The notes: a model not told the origin generated them from the letters alone. Shown: positions 9,227 through 18,262, numbered from the stretch's first letter. The stretch: DNA of 64,000 nt from Planctomycetota bacterium (GCA_044222185.1 JBGANV010000011.1:32001-96000), one strand, 5' to 3'. A program made the numbers and translations.

Positions 9227-11034
9227 GTCGCGCCTCCTCGATCCTCGGGCCCGAGCGGCAACGTGACGACGACCTGCGCTCCGCCGCCGGGACGAGCCTC
9301 GGCACGGACCTCGCCGCCATGCGCCACGACCACCTCGCGAACGAGTGCGAGCCCGAGCCCCGCGCCGCGCGTGCGCACGCCGGGTCCGCGAACGAAGCGC
9401 TGGAAGATGGCGTCGCCGAGTGCCGCAGGGAGTCCGGGGCCGCGGTCGCCGACGGTCACCGTGACGAGTGGAGCCTCCGCCACCACGCTCACGTCGAGCG
9501 TGCGGCCCGTCGCCGCGTGGTTGATGACGTTCTCCACCAGATTCATGAAGACGCCGCGCAGGGCATCGGGATTCCCGCGGACGGTGGCGGCGTGCGTCAT
9601 CGCGTTCGCGTTCACGGCGATGCCGTGCTCCATGAGCAGGGGCCGGCTGCTCGCGAGCACGTCGTCGAGGAGCGTGCGGACGTCGATGGGTTGTCGCCGC
9701 GCGGCGACCTCGCCCGAATCCAATCGGCCGAGGTCGAGGACGGAGTCGACGAGTCCGGAGAGCCTCACTGCTTCCTGTTCGATGGTCGTCGCGAACTCGG
9801 TGGTTTCGGCGGCCGTACGCGTGCGACCGCGGGCGATGGTCTCCGCGTACATGCGGATCACCGTCAACGGGGTGCGCAGATCGTGCCCCACCTTGGAGAC
9901 GAATGCGGACCGCGCCCGCGCCGCCGCGTCCGTCGCGCGCGCCGCACTCCAGGTCAAGACGACGGCCGCGCCGCCGCCGAGCAGCAGCAGCACGAGCGCG
10001 CCGAACACCACGAGGACGTTGCGGCGCCCCTCGGAGACGACGGCGGAGCGATCCGCGTCCGCCACGATGCGCACGCCCGGGAGGCGGGCCGAGATCGCTC
10101 GCGACTCGCGGATCCAGGCGTCCGTCGCGGCGTCGAGCAGGCTGGTTTCATCCGCGATGCGTGTCCCGCTCGGCAGATCCCCGATTTCGCCTTCCAGGAG
10201 GCCCACGTCGCCGGTCTCCAATCGACGCCACGCGCGCAGGCGATCGCCATCGATCTCCGCGCCGGCGTCCGGAGCAAAGCCTCGGGCCACGCGCGGTGCG
10301 AGGCGTGCGATGGTTGCGACCTCCGCGCGCCGGTTCGCGAGCGTCGGCGGATCGTCGCCGAGGCGTCGCAAGAGTTCCGTGGCGATGCCGTCGTCGGGTC
10401 CGCCCACGCAGGCAAGGATGTCGGATCGCAGGTCCGCGTCGGGTCGTCCGAGTTCCAGTCGTCCCTGGAGGCCCTCGAACGTGCGCCGCTCGGCTCCGCC
10501 CAGTTCAGCGACGAATTCGGCGAGGCGCGAGCCTGCGGGCGCGCGGCCCGCACGGCGGTCGATCGCGAGGAGGTGCCAGCGCGCCAGCGCACGACAGCGC
10601 GGATCCCGCTCCGAAGCCGCAGCGGCGCGATAGAGGATCTGGGCCCGCTCGATGCCGTTCGCCGACGCGTCGCCCGAGGCGGCTTCCGCCGCGGCTCCTT
10701 CACGGAGGTAGAAGTGCCCCTGGGGATCCGCGCTCTCAGACAGCGTCAGGACCGCGAGCGCCTCAGGCTGTTTGGGGCTGAGGAAGGTTCCGTCCGCCGC
10801 GACCACCATTCGCCGACCTCGATCGCCGAGTCCCGCCTCCAACTCCGCCAGACGCGACGCGACGACGGCCGCCCCCTCGCCGATCCTCGCCGCCAGTCGC
10901 GCCCGCGCCTCGTTCTCCGCGAGCACCGGTCCCGCCGCCGCCGTCCGGAGCCCGTGAACCAAGAGCCCGACCGCCGCGAGCCCCAGCAGGGTCGCCGGCA
11001 GCCACGGTCGAAGGGCTCGTTCCGGTCTCGACAT
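9223..11034 (-). CDS. Membrane sensor histidine kinase
   Basis: Two TM segments, H-box GHDLRTPL, N-box NLVENVINHA, DRGPG and GAGLGL. 4-nt overlap with the regulator. Start is ATG 11034 or GTG 11064. Confidence 0.93.
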   Translation of the reverse strand: MSRPERALRPWLPATLLGLAAVGLLVHGLRTAAAGPVLAENEARARLAARIGEGAAVVASRLAELEAGLGDRGRRMVVAADGTFLSPKQPEALAVLTLSESADPQGHFYLREGAAAEAASGDASANGIERAQILYRAAAASERDPRCRALARWHLLAIDRRAGRAPAGSRLAEFVAELGGAERRTFEGLQGRLELGRPDADLRSDILACVGGPDDGIATELLRRLGDDPPTLANRRAEVATIARLAPRVARGFAPDAGAEIDGDRLRAWRRLETGDVGLLEGEIGDLPSGTRIADETSLLDAATDAWIRESRAISARLPGVRIVADADRSAVVSEGRRNVLVVFGALVLLLLGGGAAVVLTWSAARATDAAARARSAFVSKVGHDLRTPLTVIRMYAETIARGRTRTAAETTEFATTIEQEAVRLSGLVDSVLDLGRLDSGEVAARRQPIDVRTLLDDVLASSRPLLMEHGIAVNANAMTHAATVRGNPDALRGVFMNLVENVINHAATGRTLDVSVVAEAPLVTVTVGDRGPGLPAALGDAIFQRFVRGPGVRTRGAGLGLALVREVVVAHGGEVRAEARPGGGAQVVVTLPLGPEDRGGAT

Positions 11035-11058
11035 CGGCGCCGATTGTAGGTCGCCGCG

Positions 11059-11086
11059 CGTCACTCAGTTCTCCCGAACTTGTAAC
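11059..11086 (-). promoter_or_regulatory. Candidate triple tandem half-site (GTTACA/GGGAGA/GTGACG, 11-bp period) upstream of the histidine kinase
   Basis: Hexamers at 11081-11086, 11070-11075 and 11059-11064. Confidence 0.35.
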
Positions 11087-11248
11087 GGGGGTGGCGGAGC
11101 CGGAAGGGGCACGACAACAGCCCCAGTTCCCGCCGGCACGTGCCAGGCTCATAGGCGCCCGGCGCGGAACGCACTCCTATTGCGCCGGGATCGCCGCCGC
11201 GCGAGTAGAATCCCCGCCTGCTCATGATCGATGCCGCCGAGGGAGTCC

Positions 11249-14200
11249 ATGGCCGAGAGTGATTCGAACAAGCCGGTCATCGCCCGGCCGCGAAGTCTGT
11301 TCATCGCGTATGACACGACCGTCGACTATTTGAAGGACTGTCTGGGCGTCCTCGTCGACTCGGGCGAGCGGATCCGCGACATGCAACCGGTCGTGCTCGC
11401 CCGCACACCGGGTCAGGGCAGCATTCCGGAGAGAGTGCTCACGGGGATCCGTGAAGCGGATGCGTTCCTCGGAGTTCTCGACCGACCGAATGCGAACGTC
11501 GGCTTCGAACTCGGATACGCGTTGGGCAACGACAAGCCGTCGTGGTTGATGCGATTCGAGGACCGCGCGCACGGATGGCTCAAGGCGCCGCCGCTCGCTG
11601 AACTCGGCGTGCCCTCGTTCACCAACACGGAGGAGCTGCGCAATCAGGTCGGCCAGACGGAGGCGCTACGGCCGCCCGGCGCACCTGCGACCGGCGGATC
11701 GGAGGTCCTGTTCCTTTGCCCCACGAGCGGGCGCGGAGCGACTCTGCGCGAGAAGGTCAAAACCAGTGCGAAGGGTTGGACGGCATTCGATCACGCAGCC
11801 TGGAGCCTGACCGACCTTCCGAAACGTCTCGATCGCGTCGGCACTGTGGTCTGGGCGTACGTTCCGCCGGACCCAAACAAGGAATCAGCTGAACGCGACG
11901 GCATCGAGAACGCGATCCTCGCGATCCTCGCCGGCTACGCGCGCGGCAGCGGTCGCAGCCTCAAGTTCTGGCACTACGGCGACCTCACGAAGACCCGGAC
12001 GCTGGTCGACGTCTCCGACTCGTGGCGCGAGATCAAGAACTTCGATGCGATCCCGGCTGCGATCCTGGATGTGGAGCACGACCGCGCGGCGAACGAATAC
12101 CGCGCTGCCGTCGAGGACTATCGAACGCGTGCAGCCGATGCATTCCGCACGTTCCGACCGCTGGGGTTCGAGGGGCGCTTCCGGATCGACGTGCGACTCG
12201 ACGAGTTGTTCTTCGAAATGGCGTGCCGTCATCGGATATCCCGTGCGAGCGGTCGCGATGGGCTCGGTGAAATGGAACGCCACGGCGGCATTCCGCTCAC
12301 GAAGTCGTTCGACCCGATCGGAACTGACGACGCGCCGGACGGAGTCCTACTCCTCGGTGAACCCGGAGCGGGCAAGACGACGCAACTGCGCCGGCTCCTC
12401 CGCTGGGTTGCGCCAGCCAGGTCTGCGGACGCGCGGGGCGCACTCGACGGCGCCGTCCCGTTCCTCGTCAGCCTGCGCGACATCAACCCGGCCCAGCCGG
12501 AGGCAGAACTGACGCCGGAGGCCATCGCAAAGCGAGCGATCCGCGCGGCCGGAGCGCAAGCCGCGGCAGGGCGCGTGCGCGACATCCTCGAACGCGAGAA
12601 GCCACTCTTTCTCCTCGACGGGCTCGACGAGATCCGCGACTCGAATCAACGGGCAGCCGTCGCCAAGGCGGTCGTCAAGCTCTCCAAGACTGCGCGCGTC
12701 ATCGCGACGTGCCGGTTCGCGGGCTACGACGCGGTCAAGAGCACGTTCGAAAACCGTTTCCTCCTGCTCGAGGTTCCGTCACTGACGAAAGACCAGGCCG
12801 AGGCGTTCGTCCTCCGCTGGTATCAGGCGGTCGAGACGGCAGGAGACATCGACGATCGCGAGAAGCGCCTCGCCGACGCCGCCCAAAAGGCCGCCGAGCT
12901 CAACGCAAGCATCGCCGCCGAGAACATCATCACGTCGAAGCGCCTCCAAGACCTGTCCGGCAATCCGCTGCTTCTCACAGCCGTCTGCCTCGTGCATCGG
13001 GACCTGCAGCGCCTGCCCATTGGCCGCGGCGAGCTCTACGAGCTTTGCGTCAAGGCGCTCATCGAGCTTTGGACGCGTAACAAGGAAGTGAAGCTCGACC
13101 TCGACGCGGCGAAGGCGCAGCTTGCGTTGCAGCGCATGGCGTTGTGGCTTCACCAGGAGACGGATCGGCAGTCGGCCACAGTCGATCAGCTCCGGGCGGA
13201 GATCGAGCCGACGCTGCGCCGCCACGGTTGGCGGACTGGGCTCGCCAACTTCCTCGCACACATCCGCGACGAGACGGGTCTCTTGACGGATGCTGTCGGT
13301 GGCGGGTTCAAGTTTCTGCATCTCTGCTTCCAGGAGTACCTCGCGGCATGTGAGATCCAGCGACGCGCCATCGACGAGCCGGAACGCATCGACAGCCTCG
13401 CGTCGCACTTCGGCGAGAGCTGGTGGCAGGAGGTCGCCGGCATCCTCGTGGCGCTGAAGGGGTCCGACTGTTTCCATCGCTATTTCCGCTCGGTCGTCCG
13501 GAACCCGAGCTTCGGCGACACGGCGCACACGGAGGTGGCTCGCTCCTGCGTTCGCGATGCACGCGATCCGACGCCCGAGCCCTTCGTGGACTGCCTGCTC
13601 GGTGAGGAACCGACGAACGACGGCGCCATGCGGTGCCACATCGCCGCCGCCACGATCGTCGTGGATCGATTCCCCGACGAAGTGCCCGTGATTCGCGAGC
13701 GCTTCGTGGAGACACCGCACAAGAGCGACTACGTGCTGGAGCTCTTCGGCGTCGCGGCTCGGACACCGCTCGTAACGGTCTCGGCGCCCGAGGTTTTCAT
13801 CACCCCCAACGGTGGCTGCGAACTCGTTCGCATCCCCGCCGGCACTTTCCTCATGGGCTCACCCGAATCGGAGGCAAATCGCCAGGGAAACGAAGGCCCG
13901 CAACACCGAGTCACGTTGACACGAGACTTCTACATAGGACGCTTCCCCGTCACGAACGCGCAATACGCCCTGTTTCTCCGGTCGCATGAGAAGCCGGACG
14001 TGGTGGAGGAACCGAGCCATTGGCGAAGTCAGCGGTTCAACGAACCTGATCAGCCCGTCGTTGGCGTCAGCTGGGACGACGCGACCGCGTTCTGCGTCTG
14101 GGCGGGAACGAACACGCTCGCACCGCTCGAAGGTCGGCTGCCGACGGAGGCGCAGTGGGAGTACGCGTGTCGGGCTGGGACAGAGACGCCATACTGGTCC

Positions 14201-14584
14201 GGAAACGACGTCGGCGCGCTAGACCAGGTCGGGTGGTTCGACAAGAACACGCTCGGCAGGACCAAGCCCGTGGGTCTAAAGCCCGCGAACCGGTTCGGTC
14301 TCCATGACACGCATGGGAGCGTGTGGGAGTGGTGTGCCGACCCATTCGGGCCATACGGTGAAGAAGAAGTAGTTGACCCATCGTGCGGCGACAGCGTCGC
14401 GGCGGCCCACTACGCCCAAGTCGAGGCGCTGTGGGTCGACGGGGCCGCGCGCGTGCTCCGCGGCGGATCGTGGGGGGTTGGTGCTGCGAGGTGCCGTTCC
14501 GCCGCCCGGTTTTGGAGCCGCCCCGACTTCAGGTTCGACGTGTTCGGCTTCCGCCTGGCTCTGTCCGTCATTCAACCTCGGTAA
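11249..14584 (+). CDS. NLR-like protein: tandem NDT/TIR-like domains + NACHT NTPase + FGE-sulfatase/C-type lectin domain (paralog A)
   Basis: ADAFLGVLDRPNANVGFELGYA (NDT/TIR-like), Walker A GEPGAGKT, Walker B LFLLDGLDE, GNPLLL, FLHLCFQEYLAA, then FLMGS...RLPTEAQWEYACRAG...RVLRGGSW...GFR. ATG 11249 after GGGAG; TAGAAT at 11206. Confidence 0.92.
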   Translation: MAESDSNKPVIARPRSLFIAYDTTVDYLKDCLGVLVDSGERIRDMQPVVLARTPGQGSIPERVLTGIREADAFLGVLDRPNANVGFELGYALGNDKPSWLMRFEDRAHGWLKAPPLAELGVPSFTNTEELRNQVGQTEALRPPGAPATGGSEVLFLCPTSGRGATLREKVKTSAKGWTAFDHAAWSLTDLPKRLDRVGTVVWAYVPPDPNKESAERDGIENAILAILAGYARGSGRSLKFWHYGDLTKTRTLVDVSDSWREIKNFDAIPAAILDVEHDRAANEYRAAVEDYRTRAADAFRTFRPLGFEGRFRIDVRLDELFFEMACRHRISRASGRDGLGEMERHGGIPLTKSFDPIGTDDAPDGVLLLGEPGAGKTTQLRRLLRWVAPARSADARGALDGAVPFLVSLRDINPAQPEAELTPEAIAKRAIRAAGAQAAAGRVRDILEREKPLFLLDGLDEIRDSNQRAAVAKAVVKLSKTARVIATCRFAGYDAVKSTFENRFLLLEVPSLTKDQAEAFVLRWYQAVETAGDIDDREKRLADAAQKAAELNASIAAENIITSKRLQDLSGNPLLLTAVCLVHRDLQRLPIGRGELYELCVKALIELWTRNKEVKLDLDAAKAQLALQRMALWLHQETDRQSATVDQLRAEIEPTLRRHGWRTGLANFLAHIRDETGLLTDAVGGGFKFLHLCFQEYLAACEIQRRAIDEPERIDSLASHFGESWWQEVAGILVALKGSDCFHRYFRSVVRNPSFGDTAHTEVARSCVRDARDPTPEPFVDCLLGEEPTNDGAMRCHIAAATIVVDRFPDEVPVIRERFVETPHKSDYVLELFGVAARTPLVTVSAPEVFITPNGGCELVRIPAGTFLMGSPESEANRQGNEGPQHRVTLTRDFYIGRFPVTNAQYALFLRSHEKPDVVEEPSHWRSQRFNEPDQPVVGVSWDDATAFCVWAGTNTLAPLEGRLPTEAQWEYACRAGTETPYWSGNDVGALDQVGWFDKNTLGRTKPVGLKPANRFGLHDTHGSVWEWCADPFGPYGEEEVVDPSCGDSVAAAHYAQVEALWVDGAARVLRGGSWGVGAARCRSAARFWSRPDFRFDVFGFRLALSVIQPR
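14450..14584 (+). repeat. Candidate DGR variable region (VR-A)
   Basis: Collinear with 14939-15073 (-), 45 codons each including the stop. Between RVLRGG and GFR the amino-acid differences are confined to canonical CLec variable positions. Confidence 0.6.
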
Positions 14585-14854
14585 AGCCTCGACGTTCGAT
14601 CGTCGGGTTGCGTCGAGCTCGAGCGACAGCGTCGGTAGGAAGTGGACTCCGTCGTGCCCGACCGAGGGACGCCCGTGCCACCGGCATCTCACCGAATGAT
14701 GCGCTGCTGCCCCCTGGGCGCCCGGAACGGCGGCTCGTAGCCCCGTTGCGGCCCGTCGCGGATCACCGGGGGTCAGGTAGCGGGTCGGCTTCCCGGAGAA
14801 TGCGTCAGGCTGGCGATGTCGCCGGAGCGACCGCCATGTCACGTCAGCGGCAAA

Positions 14855-14938
14855 GCACCTCGGGTAGCCGGCGGAATCCGCGGGTCGGAGGTGCCACCGC
14901 CGGATTCAACCACACACCAAAGATCGAACATCGAACAT
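14855..14938 (-). other. Heptad repeats and inverted repeats immediately 3' of paralog B (candidate DGR homing/cruciform element or terminator)
   Basis: After TAG: ATGTTCG ATGTTCG ATCTTTG GTGTGTG. Inverted repeats GCACCTC (14855-61)/GAGGTGC (14888-94) and CCGGCGG (14868-74)/CCGCCGG (14897-903). Confidence 0.5.
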
Positions 14939-15073
14939 CTATCGAGCTCGGGGGAGGGACAGGACGAAGCGGAAGCCGATGAAGACGAGCCGGCCGTCCG
15001 GGAGGCTCCCGAACCGCGCGGCGGAGCGGCACCTCGCGGCGCCGCTCCCCCACGAGCCGCCGCGCAGCACGCG
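14939..15073 (-). repeat. Candidate DGR variable region (VR-B)
   Basis: Variable-position codons AGC GGC, TTC GGG AGC CTC, GGC, CTC GTC TTC ATC can all be derived from AAC/AGG/ATC by changing adenines only. Confidence 0.7.
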
Positions 15074-18000
15074 GGCGGCGGACCGGTCGTTGCCTTTCGG
15101 GTCTTGTTGTGGGTCGGCTGAATAGGCGCTGAACCCGTCGGCACACCACTCCCACACGTTGCCGTGCATGTCGTACAGGCCGAAGCCGTTCGGCCGTTTC
15201 TCACGAACCTCAGGCGGGCGCCCGCCTGAGGTTCCGGAGAACCACCCCACCGCGCTGAGAGCCGCGGGGTCGTCGCCAGACCAATACGCCGAAGACGTCC
15301 CGGCTCGACACGCGTACTCCCACTGTGCTTCGGTCGGCAATGCGCCGATGAAACCCGTTGGTGCCGCCCTTCCGGCCCAATCGCAGAACGCCTTGGCATC
15401 GTGCCAGGACACGCCGACGACGGGTTGCAGGGAGCTGTTGAATCGCTTGTCGCGCCAATATGCGGGCTCACTCACCGACGTGGGCTTGTCGGTGGACTTC
15501 AGAAACTCGGCGTACTGCTCATTCGTGACGGGAGACCGTCCAATGTAAAACTCGCGCGTCAGTGTCACGGAATGCTGGGGGCCCTCGGAGTCCCTGCGGC
15601 CAGGCTCCCCCTCGCGCGACCCCATCATGAACGTGCCGCAAGGGATCAGCGCCAACTCCAAGCGGGCTCTTCCGAGCACGAGAGTCAGGGGTTCTGCCGG
15701 AGTGGTTCGGACCGCTGGCGTCTCCGCCACTAACAAGCGCTGGCTCTTCGCGGCTCCGCGTGCGACCCGCTTGGTGAGCGTCTTCTGTATAGGGAGCTCA
15801 AGCGCCTCCTGAATCGCGCGATACGGGTGAGGCTTCTTCGCGAACCGCTCTTTCAACCCGCGAAGTTCTTCGGGCCATCTCCATTTGAGGAGTTCGAGAG
15901 CGGCCAGTTGTCGAGGCCATTCGCTCCGACGCGTCGATGGCCGCGCCTGGAGAGTCTTGAGGAAAGGATCCGGCGACGGCTTCGTTGCGTCCTGAACGGC
16001 ATCCTTCAGGAACGTCAGGTTCGCCGCGTCACCAAACGCCGGCAATTTCGCTGCGGCCTCGAAGTACGACCGAAATGGCGTCGATTGTTTCTGGGCCAGG
16101 AGAAGCGCCGTCACTTCCTGCCACCAGCTCTCGTGGAGCCGTGCGGCCAGGTTCGGAATGGCCTTCCGGTCATCGAACGCTTGCTGATGCAGCTCGCACG
16201 CCGCGAGGAACTCCTGAAAGCACAGGTGGAGGAACTTGAACCCACCCCCGATGGCGTCGGTGACGAGCCCCGTCTCGTCGCGGATGTGTTCGAGGAACGG
16301 TGCTACGCCCTTGTCCCATCGCAGGCGCCGCAGAGGCTGATCGAGAACCGGCTCGAGATCCTCGGTCGTCGCCGACTGCCGCCCCTGCTCCTGGTGAAGC
16401 CAGAGCGCCAGTTGCTGGAGAATCGACTGAGCATCGGCCGTCGACATGTCGAGGCCGGACTTCTTGTCGCGCGTCCACTGCTCGAGAAGGATCCGAACGC
16501 AGAGCTCGTAGAGCTCGGCGCGACCATTCGGCAGGCGCTTGACGTCGCGGTGCACGAGACACACGGCCGTGAGCAGGAGCGGATTGCCCGTGAGGTCACG
16601 AAGCCCCTTCGCGCGGTTACCAGCGGCGATCTCGGCGTTCAGGCGCGCGGCGGTGTCGCGAGCGCCGGTCACGGCCTTCGCACGGTCAGGCACCTCCCCC
16701 GCCGTCTCCACGGCCTCGTACCAGCGCACGACGAACGCGTCGGCCTGTTCGGCGTTGAGAGCCGGGACTTCGAGCACGAGGAATCCGTCTTCGAAGCTCG
16801 ACTTCACGGCTTCGTAGCCGGCGTAGCGGCACGTCGCCGCCACTCGATGCTTCTCAGCCAGCGCGACGACGGCCTTCGCGGCGGAGACGCGCTGCTTGGG
16901 ATCGCGGATTTCGTCGAGACCATCGAGCAGCAGGAGGAGGTTCTCCGACCGCACGATCTCGTCCACATCCTTCGAGGACGGCTGAATGCCCACAGCCTTG
17001 ATGGCGCGTGTGACGAGCGCCTTCGCGGTCAGCTGATCGCCTGCGTGCTTCGGATCGATGTCTCTCAGGCTGACGAAGATCGGAAGCAGCCCGTCGAGGG
17101 CGCTGCCACTTTCGGTCCTCTGCCTCGAAGCCACCCAGCGAAGCAGGCGACGAAGTTGCGTCGTCTTGCCCGCGCCGGGCTCGCCGAGCAGGATGACCCC
17201 GCGGCACGCCGCCAGCTTCCCGATCCGGTCGAAGGCCTTCGCCAGGGGAATACCGCGGCCGTCGAGATCGCGATCGCCGACGGCGCGATGCCGGCAGTTC
17301 ATATCGAAGAACAGCTCGTCGAACCCGATCTCGACACGGAAGCGCCCCTCGAATCCGAGCGGGCGGAACGTTCGAAACGCCTCCGCCGCCCGCTTGCGGT
17401 AATCCTCGACGGCGGCGGTGTACTCGTCCTTGCCCCGCATCGCCTCGACGGTGGCGACCTCCTTTTTCACGGCCTTGAAGTCGGGAAGCAGGCGGCGGAT
17501 TCCGGACAGATCGGCGAGCAGACGATCCTCGCCCAGCACGCCGTAGTGCCAGAACTTCAATCCAAGCCCCCGGCCATGGGCGTAACCGGCGAGGACGGCG
17601 AGCGCAGCATTCTCGTCGCCGTCGCGGACGTCCGCCGGGGTCGGCGGGACGTAGGCCCACACGACCGTGCCCACGCCGTCGAGCAGCCGCGGCATGTCTG
17701 ACAGCGACCATTCGTCCTCATCGAACGGAACCCACCGGGGGGCATCCCCGCGAAGGCGCTCGCGGAGGTCTTGACCGGCGCCGGTCGTCGGACAGAGCAG
17801 CAGGAGCTTCGGTCCGCGCGGCGGCGGCGACGCGAGCTTTGGAAGCGGGTCCTGCGCCTCGACGATCTCCCGCAACTCACTCGCACTCGTGAACGGCGGA
17901 ATGAGTTGCGTCCTCAACGGGACCTTCTCGAGAAACGGTTCACGCCCTTTCGCGAAGGAGGCGAGCCAGGTGGGCTTGTCGAAGGCGAGCGCATAGCCGA

Positions 18001-18262
18001 GTTCGAACCCGACGTTGGCATTGGGCCGATCGAGGACGGCGACGAACCCGTCAGCCTCGCGGATCGGTCCGAGCACGTGCTCATCCGGTATGTTCCCTTG
18101 GGCGCCCGCCAAGCCCGGGACGATCGCGCGCATGTCCCGCACGCGCTTCTCAGGATCGGCCACATTGCTGAGGAGGTCTTTGATGCGCCTGACCGACATG
18201 TCGTAGGCGATGAACAGCCGCGGACCGGTCACGACGGCCGGCGCGGGGTCAGGTGCGGGCAT
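14939..18262 (-). CDS. NLR-like protein: tandem NDT/TIR-like domains + NACHT NTPase + FGE-sulfatase/C-type lectin domain (paralog B)
   Basis: Same motif order as paralog A (DRPNANVGFELGYA, GEPGAGKT, LLLLDGLDE, GNPLLL, FLHLCFQEFLAA, LPTEAQWEYACRAG, DMHGNVWEWC, RVLRGGSW). True start ATG 18262 (GGAGA SD, TACAAT upstream), not 18661. Confidence 0.92.
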   Translation of the reverse strand: MPAPDPAPAVVTGPRLFIAYDMSVRRIKDLLSNVADPEKRVRDMRAIVPGLAGAQGNIPDEHVLGPIREADGFVAVLDRPNANVGFELGYALAFDKPTWLASFAKGREPFLEKVPLRTQLIPPFTSASELREIVEAQDPLPKLASPPPRGPKLLLLCPTTGAGQDLRERLRGDAPRWVPFDEDEWSLSDMPRLLDGVGTVVWAYVPPTPADVRDGDENAALAVLAGYAHGRGLGLKFWHYGVLGEDRLLADLSGIRRLLPDFKAVKKEVATVEAMRGKDEYTAAVEDYRKRAAEAFRTFRPLGFEGRFRVEIGFDELFFDMNCRHRAVGDRDLDGRGIPLAKAFDRIGKLAACRGVILLGEPGAGKTTQLRRLLRWVASRQRTESGSALDGLLPIFVSLRDIDPKHAGDQLTAKALVTRAIKAVGIQPSSKDVDEIVRSENLLLLLDGLDEIRDPKQRVSAAKAVVALAEKHRVAATCRYAGYEAVKSSFEDGFLVLEVPALNAEQADAFVVRWYEAVETAGEVPDRAKAVTGARDTAARLNAEIAAGNRAKGLRDLTGNPLLLTAVCLVHRDVKRLPNGRAELYELCVRILLEQWTRDKKSGLDMSTADAQSILQQLALWLHQEQGRQSATTEDLEPVLDQPLRRLRWDKGVAPFLEHIRDETGLVTDAIGGGFKFLHLCFQEFLAACELHQQAFDDRKAIPNLAARLHESWWQEVTALLLAQKQSTPFRSYFEAAAKLPAFGDAANLTFLKDAVQDATKPSPDPFLKTLQARPSTRRSEWPRQLAALELLKWRWPEELRGLKERFAKKPHPYRAIQEALELPIQKTLTKRVARGAAKSQRLLVAETPAVRTTPAEPLTLVLGRARLELALIPCGTFMMGSREGEPGRRDSEGPQHSVTLTREFYIGRSPVTNEQYAEFLKSTDKPTSVSEPAYWRDKRFNSSLQPVVGVSWHDAKAFCDWAGRAAPTGFIGALPTEAQWEYACRAGTSSAYWSGDDPAALSAVGWFSGTSGGRPPEVREKRPNGFGLYDMHGNVWEWCADGFSAYSADPQQDPKGNDRSAARVLRGGSWGSGAARCRSAARFGSLPDGRLVFIGFRFVLSLPRAR

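Noticed and set aside
13800-14584. Formylglycine-generating enzyme activity for the FGE domains
   Set aside because: Only one Cys in the GGSW...CRSA core, no neighbouring sulfatase, and fusion to NACHT all indicate a binding (CLec) role.
14585-14938. Possible DGR template repeat or small RT/avd gene between the two NLR genes
   Set aside because: No AAC-rich copy of the VR here or noticed elsewhere in the window, and no RT motifs in any ORF.
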